Below, one piece after another: positions 13,501-24,335 of a stretch of DNA of 64,000 nt (its first letter is position 1; each line of letters opens with the position of its first letter). Below the pieces are notes generated by a model, which saw nothing but the letters and a program-made list of their open reading frames with translations, ran no database searches and was not told where the DNA came from. Origin of the DNA: Octopus vulgaris. Taxonomy: Eukaryota. A program made the position numbers and the translations under genes. Location of the stretch: the NCBI GenBank assembly GCA_951406725.2, contig OX597817.1, positions 136,276,001-136,340,000 of the forward strand. The letters run 5' to 3'.

Positions 13501-13890
13501 TTTATTAGAAAGAATTTCAAGGCCACATGCTGGCTGAATTAATATGCCAGACAATATGCTTAGTAGCATTTCTTTCGACTCTTTATATACTGAGTTCAAA
13601 TTCTGATGAAATCAACTTTGTTCTTCATTGATTAAATACTAGTTGCGCTTTCTAGAGGTCAGTGCAATTGATGAGCTCCATCATCATCATCATTTAACAT
13701 CCGTTGTCCATGCTGGCATGGATTCGACGTTTTGACCAGGGCTGGTAAGCTGGAAGGCTGCACCACACTCCAGTCTTGATTTGGTATGGTTTTCTACAGC
13801 TGGATGCCCTTCCTACCACCAACCACTCTAAGAGTGTAATGGGTCAAAGTTTCAGGCCTCATGCCTATAGTAGAAAAGATTATTATTATT

Positions 13891-14105
13891 GAAGGTGGCA
13901 AACTGAAAGAATTCTTTAGCACACCGGGCAAAATGCTAAGCGGCATTTTGTCCATCTTTGCATTCTGAGTTCCAATTCTGCCGAGATTGACTTAGCCTTT
14001 CATCTTTTTGGGGTTGATAAATTAAGTGCCAGTGAAACACTGGGGTCAATGTAACTGACTAGTCCCCTCCCCGCAAATTTCAGGCCTTGTACTTATAGTA
14101 GAAAC
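13891..14105 (+). mobile_element. SINE family A
   Basis: ctgagttccaattctgccgag...gcctttcatctttttggggttgataaattaagtgccag...ctggggtcaat; ends in (ATT)n. Confidence 0.8.
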
Positions 14106-14106
14106 A

Positions 14107-14139
<33 letters not shown>

Positions 14140-14390
14140 GAGGGCCATGGCCTAATGGTGAAGTTGTTGCACTCATGATTGCGAGATCATGGTTTCAATT
14201 CCTAGACCAGGTGGTGCATTGTGCTCTTGAGCAAAACACTTCATTTCACCTGATGTGTAGTACATCATGCACCTGTTCCGACAAATTTTGATCTGATGGA
14301 GAGTTTGATCACTATACACAAATCATTTGTACATGCCTTTCAGCAAAAGCTAAATACTCTTACATCCTCTTCGACAGGAGGGTCCATCAT
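14140..14390 (+). mobile_element. tRNA-derived SINE, family C (other copies 18960-19215 -, 19505-19760 +, 59290-59530 -)
   Basis: A box tggcctaatgg, B box ggtttcaattcc, then ttgtgctcttgagcaaaacacttcatttcac, which all four copies share. Confidence 0.7.
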
Positions 14391-14770
14391 CATCATCATC
14401 ATCATCATTATTATTATTAAAGTTTTGAATTGTTTAAAGTGGGAGAGCCCTAGGCTAAATATCTGACTGTCTCTCAATTCTCAATTGAGATCAGAGTGTG
14501 GTTGACTTTGTCCTTCATCTCTGTGTGGCCAATAAATCAGTCACATTGTGTGTGTGTGTGTGTGTGTGGGGGGGTTCTATTGATTATATCACCCCACCTT
14601 CTACCTATAAATTTGTGCCTTGGTAACAAATACTCACCCCCCCTCCACCACTGTCACTGCACACACCCCACCATCACCACTATTATCACTAAGGTCATCA
14701 TCTCACAACACCGAAACACACAAGACAAAGATACACAAAATACATACATAGACAATCTAATGTGTGTGCA

Positions 14771-14812
<42 letters not shown>

Positions 14813-15084
14813 CACACACACACATATATATATACGCACACACACACATTTACATACATATATACACACACATTTGTATGTATATGCACACATTAATACA
14901 TGTACACACAGAATATTCACACATACATTAATGAATGTACACACACAAGACATAACATTAAAACATGTATGAACACAAAAAGCACACACATACATATATT
15001 AATACGTGTATACACACACACACACATTTTATGATATATATATATATATGCCCCTACACACGCATATACTGATACATGCACACA

Positions 15085-15121
<37 letters not shown>

Positions 15122-15659
15122 CTACAACAAAGAGATTCTATTTTAGGCAAACATTCAGAGTCAGCCAAAAATGGTGAGAGAGAGAGGGAGAGAGAGAAAA
15201 ATAAACAAAAACAACAACAATAACAAAACAAAAACAAACACATAAATATTACCAAAAATAAAATTTTCTTCACTAACATTTTTCCAGGTAATTTTGTATT
15301 TTCTTTCTATTTTTCATTTATTTATTTATTTATTGCTTTACATCTTTTATTTCTGAAGCCACCCCCTACCCCACCCTCCACTCCCTCCAGCCACACCCCT
15401 AACCTTGTTACTGGACAACAATGCTACTTTGATACAATGGTCCTCTATTGTTGTTGTTGCTGTTGTTGTTGTTGTTGTTGTTATTGCTGCTGCACTGATA
15501 AACCAGGAACTTTATAGTCTGCCACAAGAATAAAATCAATACTTATGTCCAACTTACAGAATAAGTATTAAACACTACGTTTGTTTTATTACTTGTTTTT
15601 GTTGTTGTGCCGCCGCTCCCCCACTCCACCCCACCCCCACCTCCTCCTTTTATTAAGAG

Positions 15660-16250
15660 GTGCGATGCCAACAATAGAATTATCTGCACATATTTTGTCA
15701 GATGTTTTCACTTACATGGAAAAAAAAAATATCTTCATTGAAGAGATCCTAATCATGAGAAGTCTATTAGGGAACAACTTTAGGCATTTTCCTCCAAGAA
15801 CTATCTTCCTCGAGATCTCATTACAACACCCTGCTTCATCTTTGCTTCACTTTTCCATTGCTAGTTACACCATTCCAAAGGTATTCTCTCTGCTCTGTGT
15901 TCCACTCCAACACATTCTGCTTCATCCCCCACCTCCCCCCACCACTGATAGTACCATAGTTATTACATTCATCTAAACAACATGTTCTCTCCACTTGGCT
16001 CTATCTTCTCCCTGCTTCTTACACCGATAATACCATGACCTTTACTGTATTCTCGGCTCCTATCTCTTCCACACTGGATATGTTCTTTATTTATTTTGCA
16101 ACTCCTACCGCAACTTTTCTACTCTTCCTCACGACCCTACATCTTCCTCCCTCCCTACCTATCTACCCACACAAACTTGGGTTCATTGCTGACTTACAAC
16201 TTCTGCTCACTCCTCTACAGGCATCACTCTTCATTCATATCTGTTGATGC
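15660..16250 (+). pseudogene. Possible highly decayed Penelope-like element (RT C-terminal region)
   Basis: Frame-broken remnants resembling FLxRNYPxDLI and PLVxTYHP...PLQHIL; lies just upstream of a hammerhead and a hairpin. Weak, by-eye similarity. Confidence 0.3.
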
Positions 16251-16473
16251 TACAAATCATAACAAGAAGGCTGTGCCATCAATACACTGGCATATGGGCC
16301 TCATGCTCAAATATCCTGCTACTACTACAGCTACTACTCCAATGTTTTGTTAAGGTTATTTCCACAGATATTCCATAGAAATCACAGCCAGCACTAAATT
16401 CTGCTACATTGCGTATGAAGACATCAGATATAAACAGACAATGTGATCAAGGACAAAAGTGGATAATGAGTGT

Positions 16474-16513
16474 ATATACCATATTTCGGGGGTCGTTGCC
16501 CTGTCATCAGTAC
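16474..16513 (-). ncRNA. Decayed type-I hammerhead motif
   Basis: Reverse complement gta-CTGATGA-ca-ggg caacga ccc-cc-GAAA-t atg g-TA-tat. Confidence 0.55.
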
Positions 16514-16634
16514 CCTTCTAACCCATTCTCATCTCTGAACATATTGCTTATATAGCCACCTCATACAGCGGTGTTAAGTTACTGGATATACCATTTTACA
16601 TATTAGATGCATTTCTGGAGCTGGTATGTAAACA

Positions 16635-16716
16635 TTAAAGATTTGTAGGTACGTGGTACTTTGTTATGCAAACATATGTTTACATAATGAAGTATTACGT
16701 ACCTACAAATCATTAA
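16635..16716. repeat. About 82 bp palindrome (hairpin)
   Basis: ttaaagatttgtaggtacgt...aaacatatgttt...acgtacctacaaatcattaa. Confidence 0.85.
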
Positions 16717-17029
16717 CTACTCCATTGATCTAACCAACTGAACTACAGCAGGTTTTTATTCACTCAATGGTTGTTTGTTGGGGCTGCACAGTGACTTCAC
16801 CATGACTGCAAAGGAAGTAGAATGAGCATTGTCGTAGGTAAAGCCAGTGAACAGACATTAAAGTAAAAAGATGGACTGATAGACAGGTGTGCAAGTAGCT
16901 GACGTGTGGGTTGCTGAATAGACAGACCGAGGGAGGTGCAGAAGGACAAATAGATATGAGGACGGGGAGATGTATGGATAGAAAATTATCATCACCATCG
17001 TTTTAATGTTCATTTTTCCATTCTTTTAT

Positions 17030-17410
17030 CCTTTTGTTTCAGTCATTTGACTGCAGCCATGCTGGAGCACCGCCTTTAATTGAGCAAATTGATTCCAAGA
17101 CTTATTCTTTGTAAGCCTAGTACTTATTCTACTGGTTCTTTTTCACTGAACCGCTAAGTTACGGGGACGTAAACACACCAGCATCGGTTGTCAAGCGATG
17201 TTGTGGGGACAAACAAGCATATACACACACACGTACACACACACACACATATATATATATGACTGGCTTCTTTGAGTTTCCTGCTATCAAATCCACTCAC
17301 AAGGCTTTGGTCAGCCCAAGGCTATAGTAGAAGACACCAGCCCAAGGTGCAACGCAGAACCATGTGACAGGTAAGCAAGCTATTTACCACACAGCCACTG
17401 CTGCGCCTAT
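17030..17410 (-). mobile_element. SINE family B, near full length
   Basis: Tail tgtttcagtcatttgactgcagccatgctggagcaccgccttt through head taccacacagccactgctgcgcc. Confidence 0.85.
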
Positions 17411-19261
17411 GTTCACTTTCCCATTCTTGCATGGGTTGCTGGAGTTTATAGAGGCAGATATTTTTTACAACTGGATACCATTCCCTGATGTGTTTCCAAG
17501 CGAGGTAATATTTCATCATGGCCAGACATGTCCTCACAGAATGACAGTGCTTGTATGACAGTGACAATCATTTACAAATATTATTATTTGATGTTAAAAC
17601 AAAGACACACAAACATATATGTGTGTGCGTGTGTATGTGTGTGTGTGCATGTGGAATGGGCTTTTTCAGTTTTTGTCAACCTAATCCTCTCACAAGACTT
17701 TGGTAGACCTGGGGTTGTAGAAGAAGAAACTTGCCCAAGATGTGACACAGTGATATTTAATGCAGAACATGTAATTGGAAAGCAAGTTTCTTACCACACA
17801 ATAAACATACCTGTGACCATTGACACATATATATATATATATATACACACACATATATATATATGTATGTATATGTATGTATGTATGTATGTCTGTATAT
17901 ATATATATATATATATACATACATATCATATATACATATATATATATTCCTAATGCCATATATATATATATATGGCATTAGGAAGGGCATCCAGCCATAG
18001 AAAACGATGCCAAACCAGGCTGGTGTCTGGTAAAGCCTTCCAGTATGCTAGCCATCCAACCCATGACAGCATGGACAACAGATGTTAAGTGATGATAATG
18101 ATGATGATGGCATATATACACAGGGAGACGGACAGATAGATGGCTAGGTAGATGATGAATGAATAGGGACAGATGAAACGGTAGGGTACAAATAGGCAGG
18201 TAAGTTAGTATGTAGATTGAGATTTATGAAGCTTAAACACACACGCACACACACACAAAAACACACCTGTGCACATAAAGATAAAAGGAGGAGGGGAGAA
18301 GGAATGGAGACATTGATACACAGAGACAGATGAAGAGTAAACAAGACACACAGACAGACATAAACTGAAAGACTGAAAGGTAAACAGAAATATAAATAAA
18401 AAGACAATAAAGACAATAAATAAGGTTGATGTGTGTGTGTGTGTATTGAGAGGGAGAGATTCAGAATGAATAAGCAGTGGAGAATGCACTAAAGAAATGT
18501 ATAGCAATGAGAGAGAGAGTAATTATTTGCAAGAGGTTTCATAAAGAAATGTTTGTGCAAGAGACAAATGACATAATGGTTACAATAGATGGAGCTGAAG
18601 TAACAACGACCTGGAAATAAACAAACGAGCTTCAAGTCTGCAGCATACAGCGTCCGTCTTGACTTTCTTCCCCCCAATTATGAAATTGCCAATCAGTTTT
18701 AATTACAAGCTTCTCGTTGATGAGTTACTCCAATCTAAACAATGGCATTTTTGATAAAAAGACCAAAGTCCCAAAAGTTGTTCACTTTATTTAAGGATAC
18801 AGACAGTTTATCAATATAGAACAGCTGATGTTTTTTATATATCTCAGAATGATTGATTTGACATCGGAATAAACGTTTCTTTTAAGAACCCATCCAGCTA
18901 ATGTACAGGAATGTTTATAAGCATAGAAGGCAGACGTTAAATGATGATGATGATATCTCATGTGATCATGTGACTGATTAGACTATCAAATGTCGTTATA
19001 CATTGCTGGTCACAATGCACTTTCCATCATTTTAGCCTTCAAAAGACACCACCACACTGGCTAGGTGAGTAGGTCAACATTCACCACTGATCAAAAGGGG
19101 GACTAGAGTTACATGAAATGAAGTGTTTTGCTCAAGAACACAACATGTCACCTGGTCAGGGAATTGAACCTATGGTTTAGCAATTGTGAGTGTAACATCT
19201 TAACCACTAGGCCACTATATATATATAGAATATATAGACTCACACACACACACACATATAT

Positions 19262-19490
19262 TTCTTTATTGCCCACAGGGGGCTAAAACATAGAAGGGAC
19301 AAACAAGGGCAGCCAAAGGGTTTAAGCCAATTACATCGACTCCAGTGCATAACTGGTACTTATTTAATCGACGCCGAAAGGATGAAAGGCAAAGTTGACC
19401 TCGGTGGAGTTTGAACTCAGAATGTAACGGTAGACGAAATACCACTAAGCATTTCACCCAGCATGCTAATGATTCTGCCAGCTCGCCACC
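19262..19490 (-). mobile_element. SINE family A, well preserved
   Basis: Near reverse complement of 21008-21240, including the tail gccccctgtgggcaataaagaaa. Confidence 0.85.
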
Positions 19491-20287
19491 ACATATATAT
19501 TGTGAAGGTGCATGGCTTAGTGGTTAGGGTGTTTCTCTCATGATTGTGAGATCATGGGTTCGATTCGCAGGTGGGGCGTTGCATTGTGTTCTTGAGCAAA
19601 GCACTTCATTTCACGTTGCTCTGTGATCATTTCATCATCTGACATGTGGCACATGGTGCACCTGTACAGGTAATGTCGATTTGAGGGAGAGAGTGAACGT
19701 ATGTGTACACAAACATTCTGATCATTTGCAAACAAATTAGATTGCTCGTATGCTAATGACACTCATTTGTGTGTGTCATGCAATGTCAAGATGAGAAAGT
19801 ACAAGAACACAAACATCTAAACATGCATATTATACTACATGCATACCAACATGATCATCATTTTAACATCCACTTTTCTATGCTCACATGGGGTGTTGAA
19901 ACACACTTTCTATGGCCAGACATTCTCCCTGTCACTAATACCATTACCGTCTTCATTTAATGTCCATGGTCTATGCTGGCATGGGTTGGACAGACAGTTT
20001 GACTAGATCCAATGGGCTCAAGGGCCGCACTGAGGGCCAATGTCAGCTTTGACATGGTTTTTTTGCTGGATGCCCTTCTAATGCCAACCACTTTACAGCA
20101 TGGACTAAGTGCTTTTTTTTCATGCCACTGGCACTTTTGAGGTTGCTATGCTGTTTGCAGGACAATGAACCCTGAGGAAGATGGGCAGAGCAGGACCATT
20201 GTGCGCTCTAGGACTAACTTATATTTTGCATTTGCAGCTCCGTTGGTGGCTAATGAGCCCTGCTCTTGACAAGCATACATGACTGCA

Positions 20288-20327
<40 letters not shown>

Positions 20328-20806
20328 CATACATACATACATACGTATACATATGGGCGTGTGTGTGCATGTTTATTTGTTCATTGCTTTAATGTCCATT
20401 TTCCTGTGCTGTTACCTGAGGAGGCACTTGAGGCAGGATTTTTAATGGACAAATGTTCTTTCTGTCTTATTTTTCAAGGGACTTTTAAATTTGAAAGAGT
20501 TCAAAAGCACTGATTAAGCAGACATATTGACAGGAAGAGTTGACACATGTCCCTGGTAGCAGCTGAGACCACAGATAATGATATAACTGTTAATAAGTTG
20601 CTTCTGCTCTAGACCCGGCCTTGTATTATAGTAGAAAACACTTGCCCAAGGAGCTGCACTCTGAGCCTGAGCCCAAAGCCACAAGGATGACAAGTGAACT
20701 TTTTAACTACAGAGTTATGTTTGCACTTCTCTTGTCTACAATGGGCCTCGGCTAAACAAAGCCTTGCAAGAGCATTTGGTAAATGGAAACTGAGAAAAGC
20801 CCATCA

Positions 20807-20868
<62 letters not shown>

Positions 20869-20972
20869 CAAACACACATATATATGTAAATATACACACA
20901 CATACATATATATATATATATACACACATACCTATAAATATATGTATATATACACACATACATATATGCATG

Positions 20973-21003
<31 letters not shown>

Positions 21004-21007
21004 TGAA

Positions 21008-21237
21008 AGGCGGCGACCTGGCAGAAACGTTAAGCACGCCGGGCGAAATGCGTTGCCGTATTTCGTCTGCCGTTACGTTCCGAGTTCAAATTCCGCCGAG
21101 GTCGACTTTGCCTTTCATCCTTCCGGGGTCGATAAATTAAGTACCAGTTGCGCACTGGGGTCGATGTAATCGACTTAATCCGTTTGTCTGTCCTTGTTTG
21201 TCTCCTCTGTGTTTAGCCCCTTGTGGGTAGTAAAGAA

Positions 21238-21240
<3 letters not shown>
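21008..21240 (+). mobile_element. SINE family A, youngest-looking copy (CpG-rich)
   Basis: A-box-like ctggcagaaacg, B box gagttcaaattcc, central gcctttcatccttccggggtcgataaattaagtaccag (resembles the Meta/MESC-type SINE domain, from memory); inserted in (TA)n. Confidence 0.85.
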
Positions 21241-21270
<30 letters not shown>

Positions 21271-22695
21271 TATGTATATATACACACACACACACACACA
21301 TATATATCATCATCATTTACTGTCTGCTTTCCATGCTGGCATGGGTCAGAGATGGAGCTGGCCAGCAGGGAGCAGACAAGACTCCAAATGTTTGTTGTGG
21401 TTCCTATAGTTCCTATGACTGGACACCCTTCTCAATGCCAACCAAGTAACAAACTCTGCTGAGTGCTTGTTATATGCCACCAGCGCAGGTGCGTTTATGC
21501 AGTAGCAGCACGGGTGCATTGATGCAACACCGGCACTAGCACTTCTTAAGTGGGACTAGCACTTCTTAAGTGGCACTGGCACTCGAAAGGACAAGCCTGT
21601 ATGTGTGGAAAGCAGCAATTTTATTTAGCTTGAAGCATCGTATCAAGTACAGCAAAAATCGCCACACCTCCCGATCCTTTGTCATTTCTTCAATGGTATG
21701 TATATATATTTAGTCAGAAGGTCAGTTCCTAATAAAAACTGGTCAGTTGCTTCAAGGTTTAAAGTCCAAGTAAGAATGACCATTGACAAAGGAATGCTTT
21801 GTTTATTTTTACCTTTTTTTTTTATGGCACTTCTAACAGACACTTTAGGCCGTCATATCCTTCCATCGGTTCTTAATCTATTATTAAATTGAAGTTACAG
21901 TTAAACACTGCGTCGAAAATACAACATAGAAACAGAATTGTGAATTAGTTGAGTCAGTGAGAAATTAAACAACGTTAACAATATTAAATAAAATATTTAC
22001 AGGGCATCAATAAATATAGTCTTTAGCTTTTGTATAGATGTCATTAAGTTATTGTACAAATACAGGTTTGAATTTTATTGTGAAAATATGGTATTTAACA
22101 GCTTTCATGCATAGCTTTTACATAATCCGCACCTGTAAACTAGTTTTCTTTCAAATACATACAAATCAGATTAAAAGTGCAACATAAACAAACAAACAAT
22201 TCTTTCAAGCAAAGAAATGTATACAAATAGAGCTACAGACAAACAAGTACACACATGTATACAAACAGGCGCACATCATTGTCAGTTGGTGAATTGGCAC
22301 AAAGTTTCATCATTAAACACCAGAACGTATTGAAATTAGAAAATACACTTGTCAAACTGGCTATGACCATTGGCAGATTTAATTATGGATATAAAAAAAT
22401 GTGTAGTAATTACTGATAACAACAACAACAACAACACCATCATCATCATCATTGTCGTCGTCATTTTAATGTCCACTTTCCCATGGTGGCAGGAATTGGA
22501 TAGAATTTGTTGAGGCAGATTTCTTTCTGTGGTTGCATGCACTTCCTGTTATAAATCTTCACCTTTTTTCAAATTAGGTAATATTTTCCCATGTTTCTGC
22601 AGAAGACTGGAAATAAAAGACACCGCCTGTGTGATGGTGAAACTCATTTACAATTATCCTGGAATGTCATGATGAGACACAAACACACACACTCA

Positions 22696-22731
<36 letters not shown>

Positions 22732-22737
<6 letters not shown>

Positions 22738-23075
22738 GTTTAAAGACTGAAAGATCTAATGGCTACAAATTAATTAATTAATTAACTAATTAGCATATTC
22801 ACCAACAATTGTTTCATTTCGCAACCAAAATTAAGGCTACAAAACATATAGAAACATATAACCTTGCATCTTAAAATACCTTGGATGGAGAATCATCAGG
22901 GTGTACAAAAGGATGATTTTCCAGCCAAGGTATTTCAAAATGCAAGATTATATATTTATATGTTTTGTGGTTTTAATTTTGGTTGTGAAATGAAACAATT
23001 GTTGGTGAATATGTTAATTAATTAATTAATAAATCAATTTGTATCCAATGGATCTCCCCATTTTCAAACTTAATA
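22732..23075. repeat. About 340 bp imperfect foldback (inverted repeat) next to (TA)n
   Basis: catattcaccaacaattgtttcatttc (about 22794) mirrors gaaatgaaacaattgttggtgaatatg (about 22987); centre near 22905 with a minus-strand CTGATGA at 22893-22899. Confidence 0.85.
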
Positions 23076-23380
23076 ATAATATTTGATTTTTATATAATTT
23101 ACTCAATGAAGAAATATCTCTTCAAAATACAATCTATTAAACCAGTGTATTTTGGATAAATATTCTTATAAGAGGTCTAAATATCCTCATAGTGATGATA
23201 TATATATATATATCATCATCATCATCATCATCGTTTAGCGTCCGTTTTCCATGCTAGCATGGGTTGGACGGGTCAACTGGGGTCTGTGAAGCTGGAAGGC
23301 TTCGTCAGGCCCAGTCAGATCTGGCAGTGTTTCTACGGCTGGATGCCCTTCCTAACGCCAACCACTCCATGAGTGTAGTG

Positions 23381-24290
23381 GGTGCTTTTTACGTGCCACC
23401 TGCACAGGTACCAGACAGAGCTGGCGAACGGCCACGAACGGATGGTGCTTTTACGTGTCACCGGCACGGGGCCAGGTGATGCTGGCAACGGACACGAACG
23501 GATGGTGCTTTTACGTGCCACCGACACGGGGCCAGACAGTCATGGCAACCGGCCACGAACGGACGGTGCTTTTACGTATCACCAGCACGGGGGCCAGCCG
23601 AGGCTGGCAACGGACGCGAACGGATGGTGCTTTTACGTGCCACCGACACGGTTGCCAGGCAGAGCTGGCAAACGGCCACGAGCGGACGGTGCTTTTACGT
23701 GTCACCGGCACGGGGGCCAGCCGAGGCTGGCTACGGACACGGACGGATGGTGCTTTTACGTGCCACCGACACGGGGCCAGACAGAGCTGGCAAACGGCCA
23801 CGAACGGATGGTGCTTTTACGTGTCACCGGCATGGGGGCCAGCCGAGGCTGGCAACGGACGCGAACAGATGGTGCTTTTACGTGCCACCGACACGGTTGC
23901 TAGACAGAGCTGGCAAACGGCCACGAGCGGACGGTGCTTTTACGTGTCACCGGCACGGGGGCCAGCTGAGGCTGGCAACGGACACGGACGGATGTGCCAC
24001 CGACACGGGGCCAGACAGAGCTGGCAAACGGCCACGAACGGATGGTGCTTTTACGTGCCACCGACACGGGGCCAGTCAGAGCTGGCCAACGGCCACGAAC
24101 GGACGGTGCTTTTACGTGTCACCGGCACGGGGCCAGGCGAGGCTGGCAACGAACACGAACGGATGGTGCTTTTACGTGCCACCGACATGGGGCCAGGCAG
24201 AGCTGGCAAACGGCCATGAGCGAATGGTGCTTTTACGTATCACCGGCACGGGTGCCAGACGAGGCTGACAGCGGACACGAACAGATGGGT
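23381..24290 (-). repeat. Tandem array of 15 units of about 60-62 bp (one shortened) in the RTE 3' UTR, mostly alternating A/B types
   Basis: Plus-strand ggtgctttt anchors at 23381, 23444, 23504, 23565, 23626, 23688, 23749, 23810, 23871, 23933, (23994, anchor deleted), 24044, 24105, 24165, 24226. Confidence 0.95.
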
Positions 24291-24335
24291 CACTTAACCC
24301 CTGCTTTCTGATATATGATTTGATTTTGATTGTTC

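Noticed and set aside
15271-15293. CACTAAC-atttttccAG-GTAATT as a recursive splice site
   Set aside because: Branch point only about 11 nt from the AG and a weak donor; no transcript evidence.
23381-24290. Repeat array next to a reverse transcriptase as a CRISPR- or retron-like system
   Set aside because: Units are contiguous with no unique spacers, there are no cas genes, and the RT is a eukaryotic RTE LINE whose dispersed 3' ends carry the same units.
23382-24311. Overlapping 105-254 aa ORFs in the array (also near 57762 and 62833-63965)
   Set aside because: Stop-free by-product of a GC-rich tandem repeat, open in several frames, antisense or UTR relative to the element.
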